Assembly: GCA_963724765.1 (NCBI GenBank)
Contig: CAVRVY010000003.1
Span: 864,001 to 928,000 of the forward strand
Reading direction: 5' to 3'
Source: an uncultured delta proteobacterium
GTDB lineage: Bacteria; Desulfobacterota; Binatia; Binatales; Binataceae
Length of the DNA stretch: 64,000 bases
The position numbers were made by a program, and so were the translations under genes. Numbering within the stretch: the first letter of the stretch is position 1; each line of letters begins with the position of its first letter. Shown piece after piece: positions 1 to 10,732 of this stretch. A model generated the notes under the pieces. It was not told the DNA's origin, searched no databases, and saw only the letters and a program-made list of their open reading frames with translations.

Positions 1-2076
1 TCGCAGCAGGAGCCCGAAGTCCTGCCGGCCCAGCTTCCGAACCTGCTGATCAACGGCGCCGACGGGATCGCGGTCGGGATGGCGACCAACATCCCGCCGC
101 ATAACCTGACCGAGGTTTGCGACGCGCTGCTGAAGCTGATTGAAAATCCCGCGATTACGCTCGAGCAGGTGCTCGACATCATCCCGGGCCCCGATTTTCC
201 GACCGGCGGGCTGCTGCTCGGGCGCCATGCGATTCGCCAGGCTTACCTCGCCAAGCGCGGATCGCTGACGATCCGGGCGCTCGCGGTGATTGAAACCGAC
301 AAGCGCACCGGGCGCGGCTCGATCATCGTGCGCCAGATTCCCTACCAGGTGAACAAGACCCGGCTCATCGAACGCATCGCCGAGCTGGTCAACGAAAAAC
401 GCATCGACGGCATCAGCGACCTGCGCGACGAATCCGATCGCGACGGGATGCGCATCGTGATCGAGCTCAAGCGCGACGCCGAGCCGAAAATCGTGCTCAA
501 CCAGCTCTACAAGCTGAGCCAGATGCAGCAGAGCTACGGGCTAATCATGCTCTCGATCCACGAGGGGCGCCCGCGCGAGCTCAACCTGCTCGAGATGCTC
601 CACGCCTTCCTGCTCTACCGGCGCCAGGTGCTGACCCGGCGCGCGCAGTACGAAAAGCGCCAGGCCGAGGCGCGCCTGCACATCCTCGACGGCCTGCTCA
701 TCGCGCTCAAGAACCTCGACGCGGTGATCAAGCTGATTCGCGCGTCGAAGGATGCCGAGACGGCGCGTACCGGTTTGATGAGCCAGTTCTCGCTCACCCA
801 ACTCCAGGCCCAGGCGATCCTCGACCTCACGTTGCGCCGGCTGACCTCGCTGGAGCGCGACAAGATCCTCGCCGAGCACAAGGAAACCCAGGATACGATC
901 GCGCGGCTCACCCGGCTGCTCAACGACGAACGCGAGATGAGCGCGCTCATCGCCTCGGAAATCGAAGACATCAAAAAGGAATTCGGCGACGTGCGGCGCA
1001 CCCAGATCGTAGAGGCCGAGGGTGACTTCTCGGTCGAAGACCTGATCGTCGACGAAGACGTGCTCGTCACCGTCACCCACGGCGGCTATATCAAGCGAAC
1101 GCCGCTCTCGCTCTACCGCACCCAGCGCCGCGGCGGGCGCGGCAAGATTGGCGCGACCACCAGCGAGACCGATTTCGTCGAACACCTGGTGCCGGTCGGC
1201 ACTCACGACCGCCTGATGTTCTTCACCAGCAAGGGCAAAGTCTACGAGCTCAAAGCCTACGAGGTGCCCGAGGGCGGACGCGCCGCCAAGGGGCGCTCGA
1301 TCGCCAACCTGTTGAACCTCGCCGCCGACGAACGGATGGAAGCATTCATCCCGGCGCCCAAGGACACCACCGGCAAGTATCTCTTTTTTACTACCCGCCG
1401 CGGGATGGTCAAAAAGACCGCGCTCGACGAATACTCCAACGTCCGCTCCAACGGCCTCATCGCGATCAATCTTGAAGAGGGCGACGAACTGGTCGGCGTG
1501 CGCATCACCGACGGCAACCAGCAGATCGTGCTCTCGACGCGCGAGGGCCAGGCGATTCGCTTCAAGGAAGAAGAAGTTCGCCCGATGGGCCGCGCAACCT
1601 TCGGCGTGACCGGGATGGAACTCGAATCCTACAGCGTCAAGGAAGGCAAGAACGTCACGCTGGTCAAGGACGAAATCGTTTCGATCGCGACCTCGCGCGA
1701 GGACGAAACCCTGCTGACGGTCTCCGAGCTGGGTTTTGGCAAGCGCACCGGCGCTGCCGAATACCGGCTGACCCATCGCGGCGGCAAGGGCGTGATCACG
1801 ATGAACGTCACCGACAAAACCGGCAAGGTGATAAGCGTGCGCCAGGTCGGCTCGGACGACCAGGTGGTGCTGATAACCGACGGCGGCAAGGTGATCCGGC
1901 TCGACGTAAGCACCGTGCGCATCACCGGGCGCAATGCGCAGGGCGTGCGGCTGGTGAAGCTGGATCCGGGCGAGCATGTGCGCGCAGTCGCCGGATTGGC
2001 GGAGCCCGAAGACGACGAGAACGGCCCGTCCAACGGCGCGAACGGCGCAACGTCGGACGACGAATCGGAGGAGTAA
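1..2076 (+). CDS. gyrA: DNA gyrase subunit A (5' end outside window)
   Basis: Frame is open from base 1; [14 protein letters not shown] motif, GyrA-box QRRGGRG, C-terminal pinwheel repeats, acidic tail. Confidence 0.97.
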   Translation, partial: SQQEPEVLPAQLPNLLINGADGIAVGMATNIPPHNLTEVCDALLKLIENPAITLEQVLDIIPGPDFPTGGLLLGRHAIRQAYLAKRGSLTIRALAVIETDKRTGRGSIIVRQIPYQVNKTRLIERIAELVNEKRIDGISDLRDESDRDGMRIVIELKRDAEPKIVLNQLYKLSQMQQSYGLIMLSIHEGRPRELNLLEMLHAFLLYRRQVLTRRAQYEKRQAEARLHILDGLLIALKNLDAVIKLIRASKDAETARTGLMSQFSLTQLQAQAILDLTLRRLTSLERDKILAEHKETQDTIARLTRLLNDEREMSALIASEIEDIKKEFGDVRRTQIVEAEGDFSVEDLIVDEDVLVTVTHGGYIKRTPLSLYRTQRRGGRGKIGATTSETDFVEHLVPVGTHDRLMFFTSKGKVYELKAYEVPEGGRAAKGRSIANLLNLAADERMEAFIPAPKDTTGKYLFFTTRRGMVKKTALDEYSNVRSNGLIAINLEEGDELVGVRITDGNQQIVLSTREGQAIRFKEEEVRPMGRATFGVTGMELESYSVKEGKNVTLVKDEIVSIATSREDETLLTVSELGFGKRTGAAEYRLTHRGGKGVITMNVTDKTGKVISVRQVGSDDQVVLITDGGKVIRLDVSTVRITGRNAQGVRLVKLDPGEHVRAVAGLAEPEDDENGPSNGANGATSDDESEE

Positions 2077-2131
2077 GAACGCCCGTCAGTGCGGTGGACA
2101 TCCGGCGCGGCGAGGGCGTAAAGATCGCGTC

Positions 2132-3019
2132 ATGCCGCTCGATTCATCGCTGGTTGGAACCTCTTCGGAGCTGATATCGGCCGACGTCGACGTGGCCTGG
2201 ACGATGGCGTACGCGGCAGGGCTCGGCGACGCGCTGCCCTGTTACCTCGACACCACGCTTGAGTGCGGCATCGTCGCCCATCCGATGTTCCCGGTGGCAA
2301 TCGAGTGGCGCGCGATGATCCAGATAATCCAGGTGCTGAGCGAGGCCGGCTTTCCGCGCGCCGAAATGCTCCGCCGCGTGCATGCGACCGACGACGTGAT
2401 CGTGCATCGCCCGATCCGCCCGCCCGAGCGGCTGTTCACGCGCGCCACGCTCGCCGGAATCGAACGGCGCAAGGCCGGTGCTTACCAGCTCACCCGCTTC
2501 GACACTGTCGACGAAAAAGGCGCGCCGGTCTGCACCACCTGGTACGGCAATCTCTACCGCGGCGTCGAGGTCGCGGGCCCCGACAGTCCGCCACCGGATG
2601 CGCCCGCGATGCTTGCACCCTCGACCGCAGCGTCAGCGGCGCACGCGAGCTTCGCGATCCCGATTTCGCCGCTGGCCGCACATATCTACGGCGCCTGTGC
2701 GCGGCTGGGCAACCCGGTCAATATCCATACCGACATCGCGACCGCGAAGAAGGCCGGACTGCCGGGAACGATCCTGCACGGCACCGCCACGCTCGCGATG
2801 GCGGCCTCGAGGGTGATCGCGGCCGAGGCCGCTGGCGACCCGACGCGCGTCGGACGCATCCACGCGCGCTTCGGCGCGATGGTGCTGATGCCGTCGGAGA
2901 TCGAGGTGCGGATTTCCGCGCGCGAGGCGGACGCCGAGGGCAAGACAGTCTTTTTCGAGGTGCTTGGCCCCGACGGAGGGAGAGCAATTCGCGACGGCTT
3001 CGTCGTGCTGCGCGATTGA
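2132..3019 (+). CDS. Double hot-dog MaoC-like dehydratase, paralog 1
   Basis: HPMFPV, VHATDDV..HRPI, NPVNIHTD..AKKAGLPGTILHG; ATG 2132 aligns with the start of paralog 2. Confidence 0.8.
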   Translation: MPLDSSLVGTSSELISADVDVAWTMAYAAGLGDALPCYLDTTLECGIVAHPMFPVAIEWRAMIQIIQVLSEAGFPRAEMLRRVHATDDVIVHRPIRPPERLFTRATLAGIERRKAGAYQLTRFDTVDEKGAPVCTTWYGNLYRGVEVAGPDSPPPDAPAMLAPSTAASAAHASFAIPISPLAAHIYGACARLGNPVNIHTDIATAKKAGLPGTILHGTATLAMAASRVIAAEAAGDPTRVGRIHARFGAMVLMPSEIEVRISAREADAEGKTVFFEVLGPDGGRAIRDGFVVLRD

Positions 3020-3095
3020 CGGCACGTGGCGGGCTCGAGCGCAAAGCTCTGCGCCACGATGGACATTCGCCGCCCAAGCTCTGTAGAAATATCCT

Positions 3096-3977
3096 ATGCC
3101 ACTGGAATCATCTTTGGTTGGAACTAAAATCGGACCCGCTACGACCGAGATCGATGCGCGATGGGCGATGGCCTACGCGGCGGCGCTCGAGGATTACCTG
3201 CCCTGCTATCTCGATACGCGGCGCGCCGACGGTATCGTCACTCATCCGGTCTTCCCGGTCTGTATCGAATGGCCGGCGGCGATCGCTTTGCACGACAAGA
3301 TGCGCGAATCTCAACTCGCCCCGAGCGAGGCGGCGCGCGGCGTCCATGCGACCTACGACGTAACCCTGCATCGCCCGATCCGGCCGCCCGAGCGGCTGAC
3401 GACAACCCTAACGCTGGCCGCGGTAGAGCGGCTCAAGCCCGGCGCTTACGAGTTGATGCGCTTCGACACTGTTGACGCGCAAAACCGGCCGGTCTGCACG
3501 ACCTGGTACGGGACGATTTACCGCGGCGTAGAAGTTGCCGGCCCCGACCGTCCCGCGGCTGACGCGCCAGCGCTGGTGACGGCTCCCAGAGCCGGCGACA
3601 CGGCGCGCGCGGAAATTCCGCTGGCGATCCCGACAGGCGCCGCGCACGTCTATACCGAATGCGCGCGTATCTGGAACCCGGTGCATACCGATAGCGCGGT
3701 CGCCGCCGCCGCCGGCCTGCCCGCGATCATCCTGCACGGCACGGCCACGATGGCGATGGCGGTGTCGAAGATTGTCGCCGCCGAGGCCGGCTATAATCCC
3801 GAGCGCGTACGGCGCATCCACGGGCGCTTCGCCGCGATGGTGCTGATGCCGTCGATGGTCACGGTCCGAATCAATTCACGCACGCCTTCAGGCGGCGGCG
3901 AAGCGGTCTCTTTCGACGTGCTCAACGCCGACGGCGCCCGCGCGATTCGTGACGGGATGGTCCTGCTCGGGGAGTAG
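3096..3977 (+). CDS. Double hot-dog MaoC-like dehydratase, paralog 2
   Basis: WNPVHTD..AAAAGLPAIILHG; colinear with the upstream paralog over its full length. Confidence 0.82.
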   Translation: MPLESSLVGTKIGPATTEIDARWAMAYAAALEDYLPCYLDTRRADGIVTHPVFPVCIEWPAAIALHDKMRESQLAPSEAARGVHATYDVTLHRPIRPPERLTTTLTLAAVERLKPGAYELMRFDTVDAQNRPVCTTWYGTIYRGVEVAGPDRPAADAPALVTAPRAGDTARAEIPLAIPTGAAHVYTECARIWNPVHTDSAVAAAAGLPAIILHGTATMAMAVSKIVAAEAGYNPERVRRIHGRFAAMVLMPSMVTVRINSRTPSGGGEAVSFDVLNADGARAIRDGMVLLGE

Positions 3978-4055
3978 CCGTGGAGCTCAAAGTCACCGGA
4001 TCTTTTCCAGCAGCGTTCGTAAGAAAATAACGGAACAATCGCGGGAGTTACTCGC

Positions 4056-5165
4056 ATGAAGGTCAAGGCGGCTGTCGCACACAAGGCCGGCGCCCCGCTC
4101 GAGATCGAAACCGTCGATCTCGACGGACCCAGGCAGGGCGAGGTACTGGTCGAGATAAAGGCCACCGGGGTATGCCATACAGACGCCTATACGCTCTCGG
4201 GCAAGGACCCCGAGGGACTCTTCCCCGCGATCCTCGGCCATGAGGGCGCGGGCATCGTGGTCGAGGCCGGCGCGGGCGTCACTGCGGTGCGCCCCGGTGA
4301 TCACGTAATCCCGCTTTACATCCCGGAGTGCCGCCAGTGCCCGGCCTGCCTCTCCGGCAAGACCAACCTGTGCACCGCGATCCGCGAAACCCAGGGGCGG
4401 GGCGTGATGCCCGACGGCAAGAGCCGCTTCTCAACCGGCGGCGGGATGATCCATCACTACATGGGCACTTCGACGTTCGCCAACTTCACCGTGGTGCCGG
4501 AAATCGCGCTGGCCAAGGTGCGCGAAGACGCGCCCTTCGACCGCATCTGTTACATCGGATGCGGCGTCACGACCGGCGTGGGGGCGGTGATCAACACCGC
4601 GAAGGTCCAGGTTGGCGATACGGTGGTGGTTTTCGGCCTCGGCGGAATCGGGCTCAACGTGGTGCAGGGCGCGCGAATCGCCGGGGCGCGCATGATCGCG
4701 GGAGTGGACCTCAACCCGGCGCGCCGCGCGATCGCGGAGAAGTTCGGCCTTACTCATTTCGTCAACCCGGCCGAGGTGCGCGGCGACCTCGTGCCCTATC
4801 TGGTGGATCTGACGGGCGGCGGCGCCGACTTCGCGTTCGAGTGCATCGGCAACGTCAAGCTGATGCGCCAGGCGCTGGAGTGCTGCCATCGCGGATGGGG
4901 CACCTGCGTGATAATCGGCGTCGCCGGCGCGGGCGAGGAGATTTCAACCCGTCCGTTTCAGCTCGTCACTGGCCGCACCTGGAAGGGCACCGCTTTCGGC
5001 GGCGCCAGGGGACGGCGCGACGTGCCGAAGATCGTCGACTGGTACATGGATGGCAAAATAAATATCGACGATCTCATCACGCACACCATGCCGCTCAACC
5101 GCATCAACGAGGCTTTCGACCTGATGCGTCGCGGCGAGTCGATTCGCACAGTAGTGACATTCTGA
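4056..5165 (+). CDS. frmA: S-(hydroxymethyl)glutathione dehydrogenase / class III alcohol dehydrogenase
   Basis: GVCHTDAYTLSGKDPEG, GHEGAG, structural-zinc cysteines, TRPFQLVTGRTWKGTAFGG. Confidence 0.95.
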   Translation: MKVKAAVAHKAGAPLEIETVDLDGPRQGEVLVEIKATGVCHTDAYTLSGKDPEGLFPAILGHEGAGIVVEAGAGVTAVRPGDHVIPLYIPECRQCPACLSGKTNLCTAIRETQGRGVMPDGKSRFSTGGGMIHHYMGTSTFANFTVVPEIALAKVREDAPFDRICYIGCGVTTGVGAVINTAKVQVGDTVVVFGLGGIGLNVVQGARIAGARMIAGVDLNPARRAIAEKFGLTHFVNPAEVRGDLVPYLVDLTGGGADFAFECIGNVKLMRQALECCHRGWGTCVIIGVAGAGEEISTRPFQLVTGRTWKGTAFGGARGRRDVPKIVDWYMDGKINIDDLITHTMPLNRINEAFDLMRRGESIRTVVTF

Positions 5166-5419
5166 ACGTAAGGGATTCGCCGCGCTCCGCGCGTATCCCA
5201 TCCGCGTCGTGGCCGTGGCAATGCCCTCCCGAAAACCCGTCGGAATCCCCGCATGGACTTGCGGGCGGGGCCGGGTATAGTTTTTTTGAGGGCGCAAATG
5301 CGCGCCTGGGGGGGAAAGCGATAATGGCGTGGCTTCGTGCGATCTCTGAGCGGAGGGCCGAGGGGCCGCGTGGTGATTTCTGCGCCGAGGCGATGCGGCG
5401 AAACCCGCGCTTAGGCGTG

Positions 5420-5842
5420 ATGCCCAACGTGATCAAGGTCAGTCCGCGTCGTGCAATCGGCGGATTCATCGCCGTGGCGCCGCTGATCGTCTGCGCGCTT
5501 ACGCTGGGCGGGTGCTGGCCATTCAATCGCACGCCGCCGCAACAGGAATATTTCAACGCGCTCAAGATGGGCAACGCGCCGCAAGCGAGCCAGCTCTGGC
5601 TCCAGATGACCCCCGACCAACGCGCCAAGTTCGAGCGCGGCGAGGACATCCGGCCCAGCGTATCGCCCAAGGACGTGCAGAAGGCGATCGATGAGCACTA
5701 CGCCGAGCAGGACGACGACAGCTCCGCGCCCAAACAGGTCGAGTTGTCGCCGGGTACCGGCGCGGGCCTGCAGGACCTGCACTCCTATCTCAATGCCAAC
5801 AGCGCCAGCGGCGCGCCGCAACCCGCGCCGCCCGAGCAATAG
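5420..5842 (+). CDS. Hypothetical lipoprotein
   Basis: Basic N-terminus, hydrophobic stretch, lipobox-like LGGC; 3' part of ORF 4328..5842. Confidence 0.6.
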   Translation: MPNVIKVSPRRAIGGFIAVAPLIVCALTLGGCWPFNRTPPQQEYFNALKMGNAPQASQLWLQMTPDQRAKFERGEDIRPSVSPKDVQKAIDEHYAEQDDDSSAPKQVELSPGTGAGLQDLHSYLNANSASGAPQPAPPEQ

Positions 5843-5896
5843 CAATACTGTCGCGCGGGCCGTCTCGCCTCGCGCAACTGAGGACACAGACCCACG

Positions 5897-7050
5897 ATGG
5901 AGTTCGCCTTCAACCCAGACCAGGAGATGCTTCGCCGCACGCTCGCCGACTTCGCCGCCCGCGAGCTCGCCCCAGCCTACGCCGGCCGCGACAAGGATGA
6001 GGACCTGCCGCGCTCGATCGTGCTCAAGCTCGGCGAGCTCGGATTGCTCGCGCCGATGGTCGAGCAGCGCCACGGCGGCCAGGAGCTGGATTACGTCTCG
6101 CTCGGCATCGCGCACGAAGAGATCGGCCGCGCGGACTTCAACGCGGCCTACGTGCTGCTGCTCTCGGGACTGGTCGGCGCGATCGTCAACGCTCGCGGCG
6201 ACGATCGCCAGCGCGCCGAGTACCTTGCGCCGATCTGCCGCGGCGACGCGGTCGCGCGCTCGCAGTCACTGAACCCGGTGGCGGCTCGGACGCCGCGCAC
6301 ATCCGCCTGCAGGCGCGACGCGACGGCGACAGTTACCTGCTGAGCGGCGAGAAAACTTCGATCTCGCTCGGCTCATGGGCCGACACGGCGCTGGTGATGG
6401 CGCGCACGGGTACGCTCGAGCAGGGCGCGCATGGCGTGAGCGCTTTCTACGTCGATCTGCGAACGCCGGGTGTCAGCCGCGCGCGCTTTCGCGACCTTGG
6501 CACGCGCGCGATCGGTCGCGGCCAGCTCTTCTTCGACGAGGTGCGCGTGCCTGCCGCCGCGCGCATCGGCTCGGAGGGCGCCGGCTTCGTGCAGGTGATG
6601 CAGGGCTTCGACTTCAGCCGCTCGCTCATCGGCCTGATGTGCATCGGGGCGGCCCAGCAAAGCGTCGACGAAACCGTCAAGTACGTAACCGAGCGCCAGG
6701 CCTTCGGCTCCGCGCTGGCGCGCTTTGAGGGCGTGTCGTTTCCGCTGGCCGAGGCCGCGGTCAAGCTGCGCGCCGCACGCTTGCTCTGTTACGAAGCCCT
6801 ATGGTTGCGTGACCAGGGCAAGCCGCACGGATGGCTGGCGGCGGGATGTAAGTGGTGGGCGCCCGAACTGGCGGTCCAGGTCATCCATCAATGCCTGCTC
6901 CTGCACGGCCATCTCGGCTTCAGCCTCGACCTGCCCCATCAGCAGCGCCTGCGCGACGTTATCGGGCTCGAGATCGGCGACGGCACTGCGCAGATCATGA
7001 AGACGATGGTGGCGCGCGAGGTTATCGGCAAGGCCGCCCGTCCCTACTAG
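5897..7050 (+). pseudogene. Acyl-CoA dehydrogenase (cyclohexanecarboxyl-CoA dehydrogenase-like), split by a one-base frameshift at about 6251-6260
   Basis: ORFs 5897..6343 and 6394..7050 join via ALAVTEPGGGSD in the second frame; C-terminal RDVIGLEIGDGTAQIMK; may be a sequencing error. Confidence 0.85.
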
Positions 7051-7829
7051 GCGCGCCGCGCAAGAAAGCGCAGCCGCATGTAATCGGCGGTCCAGCGCCC
7101 GGCTTCATCGCACAGCACCGGCCTCAGCATCGCGATAGCCTCATCGCGTGCGCCCGTGCGCTCGATGGCTGGCAGCCGAGTGAGGAACGGCGCGGCGAAC
7201 GTGTCGAGCCATCCGGCCATATCGGTCGGCAGCGGCGTCGGCCGCGGGATCAACTCTATGTACTCGACGGTGAAGCCGCCGCGCTCCAGGCGCGCACGAT
7301 AGTCGTTGACGGTGGGGAAATACCAGGGGCTCGCCGACTTGCCGTCGACGCCGTGGCGCTCGAGCACCGCGATCAACGCGACCGTAATCGCCGCGACGCA
7401 TCCATGACCGCCCATTTCGCCGGCGAAACGGCCGCCCGGCTTGAGCGCGCGCGCCACTGCCGCGATCACTGCGTCAGGATCGTCCTTCATCCAGTGTAGC
7501 GCCGCATTGGAAAAGGCCGCGTCGAACTCACTCCTGAAATCGAGCCTCGCGCCGTCGGCCACGCGCGCGTCGAGCCCGCGTTTTTGCGCTGCCGCGACCA
7601 TGTCGGCCGAGGCGTCGACGCCCACCACCGAGGCGCCCGCGGCGACAATTTTTTCCGTCAGCACGCCGTCACCGCATCCGAGATCGAGGATATGCTCGCC
7701 GGCTTGTGGCTTGAGCAGATCGAGTACGGGCTGCCCGAGCGCCGGAACGAAATGAGCATGCTGCGCGTAGCGCTCGGCCTTCCAGCTTTGGGCGGACGGC
7801 GAAGGTTTGGCGGATTGTGAATTTCCCAT
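7047..7829 (-). CDS. Class I SAM-dependent methyltransferase (Tam-like)
   Basis: ILDLGCGDG, FDAAFSNAALHW, ADYMRLRF; likely ATG at 7829. Confidence 0.88.
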   Translation of the reverse strand: MGNSQSAKPSPSAQSWKAERYAQHAHFVPALGQPVLDLLKPQAGEHILDLGCGDGVLTEKIVAAGASVVGVDASADMVAAAQKRGLDARVADGARLDFRSEFDAAFSNAALHWMKDDPDAVIAAVARALKPGGRFAGEMGGHGCVAAITVALIAVLERHGVDGKSASPWYFPTVNDYRARLERGGFTVEYIELIPRPTPLPTDMAGWLDTFAAPFLTRLPAIERTGARDEAIAMLRPVLCDEAGRWTADYMRLRFLARRA

Positions 7830-7832
7830 CGC

Positions 7833-8492
7833 TTGAACATATACTGGGACAGGGACGAAGTGGACACACCCGAAATCATGGGAGCGCCGGACAAGCCGCG
7901 GCCGGGAGTGTCGCCCGTATGGCGAGGACTGACCTGGCTGGGCCTGGCGATCGCGCTGGTGCTCGCGCTTTTGGCGAGCAAGTACTCGGCGGCCTTGCGC
8001 TACGAGCGGATCACCGACTCCGCGGCGCGCGCGGCGCTGAGCGATCGCATCACCAGCCTCGAACATGACGTCGTCGACGCACACAACCAGGTCGCCTCAC
8101 TGCGCCAGCAACTGGAAGCGAACGGCGAGACCGTCAGCGCGGCGCTTGCGCCCGACTCGCGAATCATCCATCTTGCGCCGCTTGGCGCCGTGCCTAACGC
8201 AAGCGCCGTGGTCACCGAAAGCCCGATCAAGAACAAGGCCGTATTGCTCGTCAGCGGACTCCCGCTCGCACCGTCGGGCCAAGTCTACGAGCTATGGTGG
8301 ATCGGACCGCACGACGAAGCGATTAAAGCCGCGGCCTTCGATCTCGACCCGCAGGGCGCGGCGATCGCCAATGTAACCACGCCGCCCGCGGACGCGCACG
8401 TGGTCGCCGGCGAAGTCACGCTCCAGCCCTCGCAAGGCGACGACAAGCCGGGCGGCACGATCTACTTCAGGGGCGCGACCGAAGAACGCTGA
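7833..8492 (+). CDS. RskA-like anti-sigma factor domain membrane protein
   Basis: TM helix, coiled coil, GLPLAPSGQVYELWWI and VTLQP..G..KPGG, typical of the RskA C-terminal domain; start uncertain (7833 or 7878). Confidence 0.7.
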   Translation: MNIYWDRDEVDTPEIMGAPDKPRPGVSPVWRGLTWLGLAIALVLALLASKYSAALRYERITDSAARAALSDRITSLEHDVVDAHNQVASLRQQLEANGETVSAALAPDSRIIHLAPLGAVPNASAVVTESPIKNKAVLLVSGLPLAPSGQVYELWWIGPHDEAIKAAAFDLDPQGAAIANVTTPPADAHVVAGEVTLQPSQGDDKPGGTIYFRGATEER

Positions 8493-8513
8493 CGGCGTAT
8501 CAATCGGGAGTCG

Positions 8514-9296
8514 ATGCTCAGGGGAATTGATCACGTCGTGATCGTCGTGGCCGATTTGGATCGCGCGATTGCCGGCTTTGACACGCTGGGCTTTACGGTG
8601 GTCCGCGGCGGCCGCCATCTGGGGCTCGGCACCCACAACGCACTGATCGCTTTCGCCGACGGCGCTTATTTCGAACTCATCGCCTTCCTCGTTCCGTCTT
8701 CGACGCATCGATGGTTTGCCGCTGCGAGCAAGGGCGGCGGACTGACTGACTTTTACATGCAGACCGGCGACCTCGATGCCGACGCCGCCGCATTCAAGCG
8801 GGCCGGCGCCGTTATCAGCGAACCGTTCCCGATGGAACGCGAGCGCCCCGACGGCTATACGCTGAAATGGATGCTTGCAGTGGCGCAGCCGCCCTCGGCC
8901 GGCGCGGTACCGTTCCTCATCCGCGACACCACGCCGCGCGACGAGCGAGTTCCGCGCGCTCGCGCCCATCGTAGCGGAGCAGCCGGCATCCGCACGCTCA
9001 CTGTCGCGGTCGAAAACGCCGCGGCGGCGCGCGCGTTCTACGAACGCGTGCTCGGCGCTCGCGGCGAGGAGTTCCGGCGTGACGATCTCGGCGCTGCGGG
9101 CGTCCGCTTCGCTGTCGGGTCGGATGAATCGCAACATGAGCTGCAATTCATCGCGCCGGTCTCGGAAACCGGGGTGGTCGCCGGATGGCTTCGCGCGCGC
9201 GGGCCGTCGCCCTGCGAAGTCACCCTGCGCGGTCCCGCCACCGTGCCTTCATTACTCAACGCCGCGTGCGCACAGAACGCGCGCATTCTGCTTTAG
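8514..9296 (+). CDS. VOC/glyoxalase-like family protein
   Basis: IDHVVIVVADL, GGRH..GTHNALI.F.DG.YFEL, PFLI. Confidence 0.85.
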   Translation: MLRGIDHVVIVVADLDRAIAGFDTLGFTVVRGGRHLGLGTHNALIAFADGAYFELIAFLVPSSTHRWFAAASKGGGLTDFYMQTGDLDADAAAFKRAGAVISEPFPMERERPDGYTLKWMLAVAQPPSAGAVPFLIRDTTPRDERVPRARAHRSGAAGIRTLTVAVENAAAARAFYERVLGARGEEFRRDDLGAAGVRFAVGSDESQHELQFIAPVSETGVVAGWLRARGPSPCEVTLRGPATVPSLLNAACAQNARILL

Positions 9297-9306
9297 GACG
9301 CGGCCG

Positions 9307-10701
9307 ATGAATTCGCAGTCCATACCGCGCCTGCTGATTTCCGCGACCGGCAGCGGCGCGGGCAAGACCACCGCGACGATCGCGCTGATGGGCGCGCTGC
9401 GCGCGCGCGGGATGCGCGTCGCCTCCTTCAAATGCGGCCCCGACTATCTCGACCCGACCTACCATCGCCGCGCCGCGGGCGGATCCTCGCACAATCTCGA
9501 CGGCTGGATGATGGATCGCGCTTCGGTGCTTGCGACCTTTGTGCGCGCCGCTGCGGACGCCGACATCGCGGTGATCGAAGGGATGATGGGACTGTTCGAC
9601 GGCGCCGCGCCGACCAGCGATGAAGGCTCGTCGGCGGAGATCGCGAAGTGGCTCGCGGCTCCCGTGCTGCTGGTGGTCGACGCGTCGGGGATGGCGCGAA
9701 CGGTGGCGGCGGTCGCACACGGATTCAGCCATTTCGACCCGCGACTCAAGCTCGCCGGCCTCATCTGCAACCGTGTCGGCAGTCGCGGCCATCTCGATTT
9801 GTTGCGCACCGCGTCGGCGGAAGTGCCGGTGCTGGGCGGCTTTCCAAGCGAAGCGCGTGTTGCCTTTCCCGAGCGCCATCTTGGGCTGCTCAGCGCTGAT
9901 GACAAAAATGTCGCGCAGTCGATGTTCGAGGCGTGGGCAGACATGGCGGCGCAATGGCTCGACCTCGACGAGATCGTCGCGATCGCGCGGAGCGCTCCGA
10001 TGCTGAGCGGACTCGACGCCGCGGAGCTTTGGCCGCGAAGCGGTGCATCGGCTCCGCGATGCCGTATCGGTGTGGCTTGCGACGATGCCTTCCATTTTTA
10101 CTACGAAGATAACCTGCGCCGACTCGAAGCGGCGGGCGCCGAACTGGTGCGCTTTGCGCCGACGCGCGAGGCGCGGCTGCCCGACGCCGACGGACTTTAT
10201 TTCGGCGGCGGCTATCCGGAAGCGCTCGCCGCCGAGCTTTCCGAAAATCGCGCGATGATCGACGCGGTGCGCGGCTTCGCGCAAGCCGGCGGCCCGATTT
10301 ACGCCGAGTGCGGCGGCCTGATGTATCTCAGCGAGGGTATCCGCACGCTGGAGGGGCGCTCGTGGCCGATGGTTGGGCTCGTTGCGGGAGAAGCTGTGAT
10401 GTCCGAGCGCCTGCAGGCGCTCGGCTACGTCGAGGTCGAGACGCGCGGCGAGTCGATTCTCGGGCCGGCCGGGATGCGGATGCGGGGCCATCAGTTCCGC
10501 TACTCGACGCTAACGCCAATTCCTGAGCGAATGGAGCGCGTGTACGCGGTGCGTCCGCGATGGGGCGCGCCGTTTGTGGAGGGTTATCGCTCAGGCAGCG
10601 TGCTCGCCTCCTACGTGCATATCCATTGGGCGTCCAATCCGCAGGCCGCCGAAGGATTCGTAAACTCATGCGCGGCCTGGCGCGAGCGACGCCGCCAGTG
10701 A
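9307..10701 (+). CDS. cobB: Cobyrinate a,c-diamide synthase
   Basis: SGAGKTT, FKCGPDYLDP, EGMMGLFDG, ERHLGL, YAECGGLMYL, SYVHIH. Confidence 0.95.
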   Translation: MNSQSIPRLLISATGSGAGKTTATIALMGALRARGMRVASFKCGPDYLDPTYHRRAAGGSSHNLDGWMMDRASVLATFVRAAADADIAVIEGMMGLFDGAAPTSDEGSSAEIAKWLAAPVLLVVDASGMARTVAAVAHGFSHFDPRLKLAGLICNRVGSRGHLDLLRTASAEVPVLGGFPSEARVAFPERHLGLLSADDKNVAQSMFEAWADMAAQWLDLDEIVAIARSAPMLSGLDAAELWPRSGASAPRCRIGVACDDAFHFYYEDNLRRLEAAGAELVRFAPTREARLPDADGLYFGGGYPEALAAELSENRAMIDAVRGFAQAGGPIYAECGGLMYLSEGIRTLEGRSWPMVGLVAGEAVMSERLQALGYVEVETRGESILGPAGMRMRGHQFRYSTLTPIPERMERVYAVRPRWGAPFVEGYRSGSVLASYVHIHWASNPQAAEGFVNSCAAWRERRRQ

Positions 10702-10732
10702 CGTATCCATCGCTCCCGATGCGTTTCCCGTT

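Noticed and set aside
541-1977. Long antisense and alternate-frame ORFs (also 16999..18549, 18737..20059, 56783..58120 and many others)
   Set aside because: Shadows of well-supported genes in high-GC DNA, with no motifs
1-2076. parC as an alternative call
   Set aside because: The GyrA-box QRRGGRG and acidic tail are present
8493-9306. Cobalamin riboswitch upstream of cobB/cobQ
   Set aside because: Intergenic gaps are too short and no B12-box is recognisable
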